This document shows, piece by piece, positions 23,673 through 33,397 of a stretch of DNA of 33,397 nt. The notes beneath the pieces are model-generated. The model was not told where the DNA came from and ran no database searches. It worked only from the letters and a program-made list of their open reading frames with translations. Numbering within the stretch: position 1 is the first letter of the stretch; each line of letters begins with the position of its first letter. Origin of the DNA: Jimgerdemannia flammicorona (Eukaryota). The DNA lies in NCBI GenBank assembly GCA_003990765.1, contig RBNJ01000312.1:1-33397 (forward strand), in the 5' to 3' direction. Position numbers and translations under genes: made by a program.

Positions 23673-24862
23673 TAGCTCCTTTCTCTGCTACCTTACTGGT
23701 CACAAGGTTTGATAGGTGATCTTCTGAGTTCCTTTCTCCTATTATTACCTGCTCTACTTTGAGTTGATTTGCTGTATCTATAAGAGCATAGTGAGAGGAG
23801 GGTAATGGTGATGAGTTGCTCTTTTGTTGATATCAGATTAGTGTCTTCTGTACTTTTTCACAGTTTCTGGTACTTTCAGCTACATCTGGGGTGTACTCAT
23901 TTTGGTGTGGCACCTTCTTCCTTTTGCCATCACCAATAAGATATTGTCTTGGTGTTTTGTAGGTTATTTAGAGAGTCAGCTAACCTTGGGTGTCAAGTAC
24001 CTAGTGTAGATTACCTGTAGGTTCTTGGTACCTGTGATAGAGTCCTCTGGCTTTGGTGAGGTTTCTTGGTAAGTATGGTTCTAGTGTAGGTGACAGTTTT
24101 TCAGGTATTGTCAGGATGGGAGAGGAGATGGCTGTCAAAGATAGTCAGAAGGGTGATAATGGTGAACCAGTAGAGTGCCAGACTGGGGGTAGTTATCAGG
24201 GTGGGGGTAGGTGCTGCTTCAGTGGGGCCTTTTGATTGGTGCAGAGTAGTTAGATAGTAGGTGTCACTCTCAGCTTCTTTTGGCAATTTGGTAGGTTGGG
24301 CTCTGGTCACTAGTAGGGTTGGGGGCCTGAGACTACCTCTTTCAGACATCTTGGCTGTACTCAACTAGAACTGGGAGCTGATATAGCAATATGATTGAGG
24401 CCCACAGACTTGAGTAGTGGGATATTGAGGGTCTCATCCCATCTCATGTATAAGTCCTCTACTCATCTCATCTGGGAGAACTAGGCCCTATTCACCATGA
24501 TGTACTTTGATGAGAATTTTTCTTTACCTATCATTCTCTTTAGGGTGGCAGGGGTTTTTCTATTCAGCTTAGGCATGGTCTTGTACATATATTGGGATTT
24601 TGGGTATACACTTTTAGTTGTTATTATATGGCTGAGTTTCCCCTAGTAGTAGAGAGAGCATGGTACACAGAATGAGGTACAGGCCAAAATAGGCCCTACT
24701 ATATCCAGCATGATTGAGCTGCTGGACAATAGTTAGCCTAGATTAATGGAGAAGCAGTGCTTGATAGGTGGTGGGGGAGGGTTTTGGCCTGTATAGTCTA
24801 GGTTCTCTTCCAATAAAAATCTGTGAGACTTTGAGTCTGTTAAAAAAAAACAAAAAAAAAAA
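23673..24862 (+). mobile_element. ~1.19-kb non-autonomous poly(A) retroelement, copy 2
   Basis: Same 5' start (ctcctttctctgytac), AATAAA at 24812, AGACT-TTG-AGTCT hairpin and poly(A). Degenerate TSD aagtgacaatgag (23660-23672) / aagtaattatgag (24863-24875). Confidence 0.78.
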
Positions 24863-24875
24863 AAGTAATTATGAG

Positions 24876-26100
24876 ACTGAGAAGGGACAGAGATACTGAG
24901 AGAGAACTAGACCAGGGATAAGTTTAAGAGTTAGAGGTCTTCTCCTTCTCTTGGATGTTTTTTGAGTAGGATGAAGTAGATGACTGCAAGCAGACTCTGT
25001 TAGAATATCAGATCTTATGGCTATAGACATTTGTACAGCCATTGTGCTCAGTAGTGTAGGAGAGAAAGACCTGGGGGAGGTGGCAGAAGAGGTGGAGGAG
25101 AATTGAGGGTAGAATGATATCTTAGAGGAGGAGAATGAGGTAGTAGCAAAAGTAGCAGCAAGAGGAGAAATATCACTATACAGGCAAAAGGACTTGGTAG
25201 GGTACCAATATGTCCAGTAGAGGTGGCTAGAGCAGGCTGAGCAAGGTCAGGAGCTGACAGAGCAAACCTCAAGAGAACAACTATGACAGAAGGCAGTCTT
25301 GAAAGAGGGAAGTAGGAGGAAGCTAAAGACTACTTAACTACCAGGGTCTTAGAGACCTTAGAGACCTTGGGGTCCTTAGCAGTAGTAGTGACATAAGAAT
25401 GAAGCTTGGTACAGGTAGTGGCCCAAGCTTCAGTCTGAATGGCCTCAGAGTCAGAAACCTCAGAAGAGATAGGGGTGGGAGTAGTGGTAGTAGTGCAGGC
25501 AGTAGTAGTAGTATGAGAGACCTCAGCCTTACAGGAAGGAGAAGTCAGTGATAAGAAAATGATGAACAGTATCAATGTTAGCAGTGGCAGAAGAAATCTC
25601 ATTAGCTTGAAGAGGCAATATCAGCAAGGCAAGAGGCAGTGAGGGCTATGAAGGCAGCATAGTCTTGATGGAATTAGTTAGAGGCCATAGAGACAGCTTT
25701 ATATACTACATTAGTGGCAGTAGTCTTGATAGTAATAGAATCTGATGAATCTCTTCAGAGAAGGCTTGATGATCTTCCTCAGAGAGGATAGAGAATATGA
25801 TGGCAGATGAAATTAGAGTATGACACCATATTGAAGGTGAGCTTCTTAGGAGAGAGAGCAAGAACTGAGTGAAACTGAGCGAGAAGCAAGAGAGAGAGAG
25901 AGAGGATGGCATAGGATATATAAGTGTCAAAAGAGATATTGGTAAAGAAGAAGTAAGCAGAGAGAGAAATAAATAGAGAATCTTTCATTACGTATCAGCA
26001 GTAGAGGTCCTGAAGACAGAAGCAGTAGCAGTAGAAGGAAGAGGTATAACAGGAGTCCAGAGAGAACTGAAAGGACTGGCAAGAGAGACAAAGCCTGAGC
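24876..26100 (-). pseudogene. Degenerate N-terminal or ORF1-like region of the PLE, with Thr/Ser-rich linker and a Cys-rich zinc-knuckle remnant
   Basis: FCHSCSLEVC..*PCSACSSHLYWTYWYP (25200-25290) fits C-x2-C-x4-H-x4-C if two TAC codons derive from CAC and TGC. Boundaries approximate. Confidence 0.45.
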
Positions 26101-27089
26101 CAAGATCAAAGAAGACAGAGAGGAGGCAAGATATGATGAAGGTGAGAGATAAGGATAGACAAAAAGCAGGGTGGAAATTGTATCTGTTGTTTATTGCTAC
26201 ACCAAAATATAGTTCTTATATATAAATATGAAGTCTTAAAAAGGAATGACATGCCACAATATGGAGATAACCAGATTAAGAATCTCATATCATATAAAGA
26301 TAATAGAGTAGCCAATTCCAGAGTGAGAATAAAAATCTGAAATAAAACAAATCCAAATTAAGATTAAAAAACATCCTGGCCCCCTCTGGGATCGTATACT
26401 CACACTGGGGTCTTGGTCTTTGCTCTACTCCCCTCTGCTACCTTTGGTCCCTTAGCTTTACCTCAGGTTTGATATAGCTCACTCTGCTTGATCTCATTCC
26501 CTACTTATGCTCACCCCTCTGGGGTCTGCAGATGTTTTTTAATCTCAATTTGGATTTGGTTTATTTCTTATTTTTATATTTTCTCTGAGATTAGCTTCCA
26601 ACTTATCTTTATATGACATGAGGGTCTTAATCTAGTTATCTCTATATTACAATAAATCATTTCTTTATGGGACTTCATATTTATATATAAAGACTGCATT
26701 TTAGCACAGCAACAAACAATGGATATAATTTCTGCTCTATTCTTTATCTATCTTTATCTCTCACCTTCTCAATATCTCATCTCTCCTCTGTCTTCTTTGA
26801 TCTTTGCTTGGACTTTGCCCCTCTCATCAGTCCTTTTGGTCCTCCCCAGACTCCTGTTGCACCCCATCCTTCTACTGCTACTGCTTCTTTCAGGGTCCCC
26901 ACAATTGATACAGCTATAGAAGATACTCTTCTTATTTCTCCCTCTATTTACTTCTCTTCTGCCAATATCTCTTTTGATGCTTATATATCTCCTGATATTT
27001 TCTCTCTTCCTCTCGACCTTTGCTCATCAGGCCATCCACTTCTCACTCAGTTCAGCTCAGTTCTCACTCTCTCTACCAAGGAGACTCAA
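25850..27089. repeat. Large inverted repeat: ~520-560-bp arms around a ~158-bp spacer (26373-26530)
   Basis: 25850-26372 is the reverse complement of 26531-27080, e.g. aagattaaaaaacatc / gatgttttttaatctc and caagatcaaagaagacagag / ctctgtcttctttgatctttg. Confidence 0.88.
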
Positions 27090-27343
27090 TGAGGGGGCTC
27101 GCTCGAGACCACAGGTCAATGAATGCAGGAAGGTCTTGGGTGTATAGCACCCAAAAATGTTTCAACGCCATTGTTTGTCTAAGGCGTTTCTAAATCAGGC
27201 ATAGTCTTTCCTTTTTTGGTACTAGCGCGGTAGGCACATTACTTCTATATGTAATTCTACCATTCACCCAACATTACTTCTTATGCGCTTTACACTTACA
27301 CTTTTGTGCTTCCATACATTCATATGCATTTCATTACATTACC

Positions 27344-28795
27344 ATGGTCCTCTCCGCAAATTCCTGCCTTTTGTGTCAATATGACCCTTCCCATACATCG
27401 AAGGGCCAACACGACCTAGGCTCCACTACCTGCCCTTTCCGCTCGGACATTAATTTCATCTAGTGTGTGCTCTGTTTTCTGCAAGACGACCTGGAATCTG
27501 ATAGCGAGAACCCCGATATTGCTATCCTCATGGATTATCTCACTACCCTCTCTGATCACTCTACTTCCACACCCCGCCGAATCATGCATCTATCGGCGCG
27601 TGCTGCATCCAAGGCTCCCGCTAGCGCTACAGCGGCCGGACCAGCTTTCTTCAACACACCGGCCTCTGATGTTTCCATCGAAGCCAGCGTTGCTCAGCTC
27701 CAAGAGCATGCATCTGCGCAAGACCGTCAGTTCGATGAACTTTTTCAGCTCTTACGCTCTCGCCCTGACATCGTATCTTCGGCGGCACCGGCTAGTGCAG
27801 TTCCTGCCATTTCTGGTCAGGACGTGTCTCCCATTATTGATCAAGCCTTTATCGATCGTGCTACTGCCTCTCTTTTGGCGGTTCTCGCATCCCCATCCTC
27901 ATCCCAGCCCTTACCAACTATCCCTTTGGTTTGGTCCACCGGCATTCATGGCCCTGCCGGTAATCCCCAGGGTGAGTCTATCCCTATACCTCCTTCTGTC
28001 ATCTCTGCCCATACCATTGTCCGAGGCGTCAATCTCTCTTTAAAATACGCCCATGTTAATTAATGGCTGTTGGCCGCGATCATCGACAATTCGTTCACCG
28101 CCGTATTGCTCGGCCGTTTCTTGGAGTGAAACGTCATTTCTATCAGTGGTCTTCCTGATGCTCAATTCATCGAAATGTTTGACAAATCAGGTGCCCGGAT
28201 CATTCTTCAAAAGCCGCCATCCCTTATTAAAGATCTTCCGGACGTCCCTGCTTTCCTCGCCGCCCTGCTTATGTATTTCAGCGTTCTTCATGATGCGTAC
28301 CCAGGCCTCACTGATCCTACTCCATTCTTTTCATATGCCGCGGATTTTATTTTACTATCAACGTCGTCATATTGGTCCGCGCTTCTTGATTATTATGTCT
28401 CCTTTCACACAAAACGACTGGTGGAGATCGCAAACAACAGTGTTTCTTTGGTATGGTGCGAGCACTGGGCCCGGCGTGACCCTGACCTCTTTATGATCCT
28501 TAGTCTACATCAACATCCATGAACTCCGACCTCTACATCTAATCCGCTTAAGCCCTTCAAGTCTCGCAATGTACAATGGGGGCTACGTCTTACTGATGGC
28601 TCCTCCACTCCATCTACTGAGAAAGCCTCTCAACGGTCTACTTGTCAGGCATACAACGGCATTCTATTCGATGGATCACCCATGAAGGATCCTGGGTGCA
28701 ATAGAAAAGGATGCCCTTATGTGCATTCCTGTTCTCGCTACAATGGTGATCATCTGTGGTATCGATGCTCCCACAATCCATCGTCTCGCCCCTAG
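27344..28795 (+). pseudogene. Gag-like ORF1 with N-terminal CxxC..H..C and C-terminal CCCH/CCHC zinc fingers
   Basis: One frame from ATG 27344 to TAG 28793-28795, with stops at 27461, 28061 and 28520. C-terminus CQAYN..GCNRKGCPYVHSCSRYNGDHLWYRC. Confidence 0.8.
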
Positions 28796-30523
28796 GAACT
28801 CGCCCCCGTTTATTCTTTACACATACCCCCGGCCGCTCCAAATACCCTACTCTGTCGCCCATTTACTGCCTCTCTCAACGAAGCTGCTCAAGACATTCTA
28901 CGTCATTTTCCTCTTCCTTCTTCCGCTCTTTGCCCTGTCGCGTGGGCGCGTGAGCTCCGGTTGTATTCTGCCCCGCAGGTAGCTCAGGCTGCCATCGCCG
29001 CTATTACTCAAGGCGCTCTTCTCGGCTTTGATGGGCCTTGTCGGCACCTGCTGTCCTATAATCATCACTCCGCTCTCGACCACCCGGAAGCGATCACGTC
29101 TGACATTGAGCGGGAAGTCACCGCTGGTAGAATTTGTAGCCCATTCTCATCCCCTCTATTCGAATGCTTTCACTCATCTCCTCTCGATGCCATTGCAAAG
29201 AAGAATTCTAATAGTGCATGGTGTCATATTCACGACCTTTCTTGGCCCCGTCACGGCTATTCGGTGAATGCCGGCATAGATACCAATGCCTTCCGGCTCT
29301 CTTACATTAAGTTCGATGAGGCCTTGGACTTGGTTCATCATTTTGGCCAGGGATGTCTTCTATCGAAGGTCGACCTTGCCGATGCATATCGTCATATTCT
29401 CATCCATCCTACGGATTAGGAGTTGCTGGGTTTTGAGTGGTCGGGGCAGTTTTATTTCGATCGGTTTGCTCCTTTTGGCGCATCCTCATCACCATTTCTT
29501 TTCAACCTTTTCGCGGAACTTCTCGCATGGATCACCCACCATCAAGACATATGCACGCTTATCCACTACGTTGACAATTTTCTCCTCATTTCACTGCCGC
29601 TCTGGCCGTTTGCCCTCTCCGACCTACATTTACTTCTTACCATCTGTCGTCATCTCGGCTGGTCGATTCAAGAGTGTAAGGTCAAAGGCCCAACAATGTC
29701 ACTCATCTTTCTGGGCATCGAATTGGATATGATGGCTATGGAAGCCCACCTGCCTCTCGGCAAGCTTGACACGTTGCTCGCCACCCTTCAGCAGTGGCTA
29801 TCGCACACATTATGTACATGCCCTCAACTGCAGTCTCTTATTGGTTCCTTGGCATTTGCCTGTAAAATCATTCCGCCGGGCCACCCATTCCTGCGGCGGT
29901 TTATCGACCTTCTTTCCAGTAATGCCTTATTCCATATCTCACTGAATGAGGAATTCTACGCCGACATTTGTTGGTGGCTCGAATTCCTACCCTACTGGAA
30001 TGGTATTTCCATTATACATCTAGTGGCATGGTTCCACGAGCCTGATGCACAATTATGGACGGACGCCAGTGGGATCCAAGGCTTTGGTGCACATTTCAAT
30101 AGTGAATGGTTTTCCACTCCCTGGCCTCCTGATATAGCCTCGCGCGACATTCAGTTCAAGGAACTTTACGCCGTGGTCGCTGCCGCTGCTACCTGGGGCG
30201 CTCAATGGCATTTTCACCGTATATTGCTTCATTCTGATAATCAGGCGGTCGTCGCTATTATCAACTCGGGCTCTTCATGCAACTCTCTTCTGCTGGAACT
30301 TCTCTGCCAGCTCTATTTTCAAATGGCGCATCACGCTTTTCAACTTCGTGCCATATTCATCTCGACATCCAATAATGACATTGCTGATGCTTTATCCTAT
30401 GCTGATCTTCCTCGTTTCCGTCGTCTTGCCCCTTATGCTCAGATGCTCCCGACCACGATTGGTATCATTTGCATTTCGCGCTTCCACCCATCGTTGCCTT
30501 CTTTCTGTGGTTCAGACTGGTAA
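28796..30523 (+). pseudogene. Pol: DIRS/Ngaro-type RT plus RNase H
   Basis: IHDLSWP, SVNAGI, KVDLADAYRHI, PFGASSSPFLF, HYVDNFL (YxDD mutated), FLGIELD, LQSLIGSL, WTDASG, IQFKELYAV, HSDNQAVV, NDIADALS. One stop at 29417-29419. Confidence 0.92.
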
Positions 30524-31476
30524 AATCAACGCGCCGCTCATACTCTTCGGGACAACACAGCTTCCTCCAATTCTGTAATCTCCATGGTGGTAATCATGCC
30601 TCCGGCAGGCCTTTGCCCGCGTCCGAACTGGTACTAATACGGTGGGTCTGTAGCTTGGCCTTGCGATGGCTTCAACCATCCACAATCAAACATTACCTCT
30701 CAGCCGTTCATTCTCTACACATCGACTCTGGTTTTGCCGATCCGTTCATCGGTCTTCACCAACTTCCCCGAGTGATGCGTGGCATGAAGCGGTGGCTAGG
30801 CATATGCCCAACTCGACCTCGGCTTCCTATCACGCTCGGTATTCTTCGCAGTCTTATCAGTTTGCTTCGGCTATCTGATTATGACGATCTGCATCTTGTG
30901 ACCATGATGTTGCTTGCATATGTCGGCTTTCTTCACTCCAGCGAATTTACATGGGACGGGTCTTTCGATCCCGTTTCCCAGCTGTCCCGCGGCTCTGTGG
31001 TCTTTCAACCTAGTATTGCCGACCCCACCCATATTACGCTCACCCTGCCGGCCTCTAAAACAGACCCGTTTCGCCAGGGTGCAACACTTTTTATCGTCAA
31101 AACGGATCCTGCCGTGCCATGTATTGTATCCTTACTTCGCCTTCTTTACCTGGTGCACCCAGTCCCACCCGACACCCCTCTGTTCTGGCGTTCCACGAAT
31201 TGATCGTTCTCTCGGGCCTATCTGGTTAGTCATCTTCGCGTGTTACTTCCACGGATTGGTCTGAATCCACTTCTTTACACCGGGCATAGTTTTTGGATTG
31301 GTGCAACATCCGATGCCACTGCGGCCGGTTTATCCGATTACGAGATTCAGATGTTGGGTCAGTGGGAGAGCACGGCATTTAAAGGCTATATTCACATGCC
31401 TATTTCTCGCATTCTCCACCTTCGGGCTTCGTTAACTCGTAATACTTGTTCTGTTACTCATATTACTTGCAGTTAA
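30469..31476 (+). pseudogene. Tyrosine recombinase (phage integrase family) with N-terminal SAM-like domain
   Basis: STIKHYLSAV, RLPITL, GFLHSSEF (R>H), SKTDPFRQG, YTGHSFWIGA (HxxR with R>W), LGQWES..F..YI. In-frame stop at 31201-31203. Confidence 0.92.
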
Positions 31477-31500
31477 CGATTTTCCGTTCCTTTTTTTCTA

Positions 31501-31867
31501 CCGCGTAGCCTGCGACACCAGCTTATTCCGGGTCCCGTGCGGCGTGCGACACCAGCCTTTACCTCTCCTCATCGGCCTTACATCACCACGCGGCTCGCGA
31601 CACCAGCCTTTAATCCACCCACCTCAGCCTCTTGCCACCGTGTAGTTCGCGATACCAACCTTTTCCGACATTGCATGGCTCGCGACACCAGCCCTCCTTC
31701 TTTTCGTTATCACGCAGCTCGCGACACCAGCCTACTCGGACCCCCGCGCAACTCGCAACACCAGTTCTATCCCTCGATCGCTGGGCTCGTTAAAATCAGC
31801 TCCTTGGCTGTCGCACGATTCGCGACACCTGCCCTCAGTTTTAACCGCACGACTCGCGACACCAGTC
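31501..31867 (+). repeat. Array of nine ~23-bp repeats (consensus CCGCGCGGCTCGCGACACCAGCC) with non-repetitive spacers
   Basis: GCGACACCAG cores start at 31512, 31546, 31597, 31649, 31682, 31721, 31755, 31822 and 31856. One further degenerate unit lies near 31785. Confidence 0.85.
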
Positions 31868-32604
31868 ATATCATCGACATTGGGCGCGGCCTTTCTATTA
31901 AGCCTTTGGCACCTTTCTATTATCTACTCCGCTCACATTTCCACATCCATAACCCCCTTTTTACTTCATTTGGGCCGAGTTCTTTCTTTCGGCGCTGCCA
32001 ACTCACACTGCTACACATCATCATCCCGCACATTTTACATATAACATTTGGGCCGGTCTTTTATACTGTGTGTTTCCACCCAAATACAGAACAATCGATC
32101 ATTTATTTGAGGTTTCTTTCCTAGGATTTCGGGGTGATGCATGGTCATTTCGGTGACACAGGGTTATTGGTGTTTTTATCACGAAGATTGACATCACGTG
32201 AGCGTAGCGTAGTTGACATTATGCAAAACGTAGTATAGTTACGCCTCCCTAGCGTAGATCGACATTACGGCAAAAACATTGACTGCAAATAATCATCCAA
32301 ATCCAATAAAATGTATATTTCCAGAACGCCCTTAATCAGGCGAATCCAGCACGTTGAATTTGGATGAATATTCATGGAGAAAATCGATAAGCCGTCCACA
32401 GGTCGTAGTTTCAGTTGACCAGTGCGGCAGAATACACACATTTGATAAAATCAGTCTTTAATTGCATTTGCAGAATACACAATTGAAAATCTATCGTGTG
32501 ACACAGTCACTAATTCGTTTTCGGTGGTGGAATTTGCGTCACGGTTAAAGTTTATATCCTTTTGCTGGTTGCTTTTGTCTCTTATGCTTAATGTCTTCGT
32601 TTAG

Positions 32605-33397
32605 GCAGCTTCAGGTCGCACAAGACACAAGCTGATACGAGCACTGCGACTATAGAGAATTCGCCAGAGTCACCCACTGTCCCAATGCAAGACATTACCA
32701 GAAGGACGCTAGATACGACAGAGACAAGCGGGGGTGAGTAAAGACACGGGCTAATGCGCTAGAGGCACGCATAGATACTACCGAGACACGCGGTGATGCA
32801 CTACAAACACGCATTGATACGACAGGGACAGGCGCCGATACGCCAGAAGCACGCATCGTTCCACCTTCTGTCCAAATTCAAGATCCTTTTATAGGCACTG
32901 AGTTTGTGGACGATGCTCTCACACCCGAAATGGCACGCAACCGTTCCACTGACGTTAGGGACGATCCTTTCACACTCGAAACGGCCATACTAAACGCTGA
33001 GGTAACTTCTCGGTAATAATCGTTCCCCGCGATAATTCTGCTGATGTTTATATCTTACATCCTGTTGATATCCCTGCCTTCTCCTTTTTTTCTAGATTAC
33101 CCCAGAAGTTACTGAGAAAGAAGATCAGCTATCGGGCACACGGCATAACAAGTCGAAAGGAAAAGGCAAAGGGGTGCATATTTTTGTTTTTTTCTCTATA
33201 TTCGTTCTTTCAAGGGGCTCTGTATTCCTATTCTTAACCTTTCTGTCATCATTTCAAAGGTGACTTCAACTGCCTCAGGCTCCGCCGGTCGACCTAGAAA
33301 TCCTCTCGTACCTGATCATCTCCAAACGAAAGACGTGTATCGGTGGAGCTACGATGACGTAGTCGCATTCCTAAGCGCCAACCTCGAGACGTGGGAG
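32605..33397 (+). CDS. 5' part of an intron-containing host gene of unknown function (14-aa repeats, possible SAM-like motif); runs off the window
   Basis: GT-AG introns at 33002-33095 and 33174-33259 keep the frame (..ILNAE|ITPEV..GKGKG|VTSTASG..VYRWSYDDVVAFLSANLETWE). LEARIDTTETRGDA-type repeats. Possible ATG at 32685 and upstream acceptor at 32604. CpG is intact. Confidence 0.65.

Larger units (their letters stand above)
20031..27089 (-). mobile_element. Decayed Penelope-like retroelement, apparently lacking a C-terminal GIY-YIG endonuclease, with direct and inverted pseudo-LTRs
   Basis: Penelope RT motifs appear in order on the minus strand (see the RT feature). The terminal unit is repeated at 20031-20552 (3' copy), ~25850-26372 (5' copy) and inverted at 26373-27089. 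Confidence 0.75.
27090..32125 (+). mobile_element. Ngaro-like (DIRS order) tyrosine-recombinase retrotransposon, younger but inactivated; ends approximate
   Basis: gag, RT-RNaseH and YR in order, with YR overlapping the end of RNaseH. No DDE integrase or protease seen. CpG-rich, unlike the upstream DNA. Confidence 0.9.

Noticed and set aside
26677..26725. TATA box plus ATG at 26719 as the PLE start
   Set aside because: The three copies read caatggat, caatagat and caacagat, implying ancestral caacggat. The ATG is likely a CpG-decay product, and the TATA run may be too.
498..26919. Many short Leu/Ile/Phe/Ser-rich ORFs resembling membrane proteins
   Set aside because: Products of C>T/G>A mutated, pyrimidine-rich transposon strands rather than genes.
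31501..31867. CRISPR array call
   Set aside because: Eukaryotic transposon context, no cas genes, and short, uneven, compositionally biased spacers. Kept only as an unexplained repeat array.
31537..32124. 195-aa ORF as a fourth gene of the YR element
   Set aside because: GTG start, made largely of the translated repeat (ARDTS / LATPA), with no recognisable domain.

Overview
Eukaryotic, probably fungal, DNA. Evidence: spliceosomal introns, CCCTAA telomere-type repeats and transposons with heavy C>T/G>A mutation. About 27 kb is a nested, mostly CpG-stripped transposon graveyard. From left to right: the 3' end of an L1/Tx1-type LINE (1-185); a heavily mutated Ngaro/DIRS-type tyrosine-recombinase (YR) retrotransposon on the minus strand with ~310-bp direct repeats (201-5200); interstitial telomeric repeats and a ~40-bp LINE tail insertion; a full-length L1/Tx1 LINE with a 15-bp target-site duplication (TSD) (10214-15975); a hAT-like foldback MITE (18268-18835); and a decayed, apparently endonuclease-less Penelope-like element (PLE) whose RT motifs are almost all missed by the ORF track, with direct and inverted pseudo-LTRs and two independent insertions of the same ~1.17-kb poly(A) element (20031-27089). 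CpG content jumps abruptly at ~27090, where a younger but inactivated Ngaro-like YR element begins (gag, RT-RNaseH, YR, then a 23-bp repeat/spacer array). The window ends with the 5' part of an intron-containing host gene. All assignments come from manual reading and motif recognition; no database searches were run.
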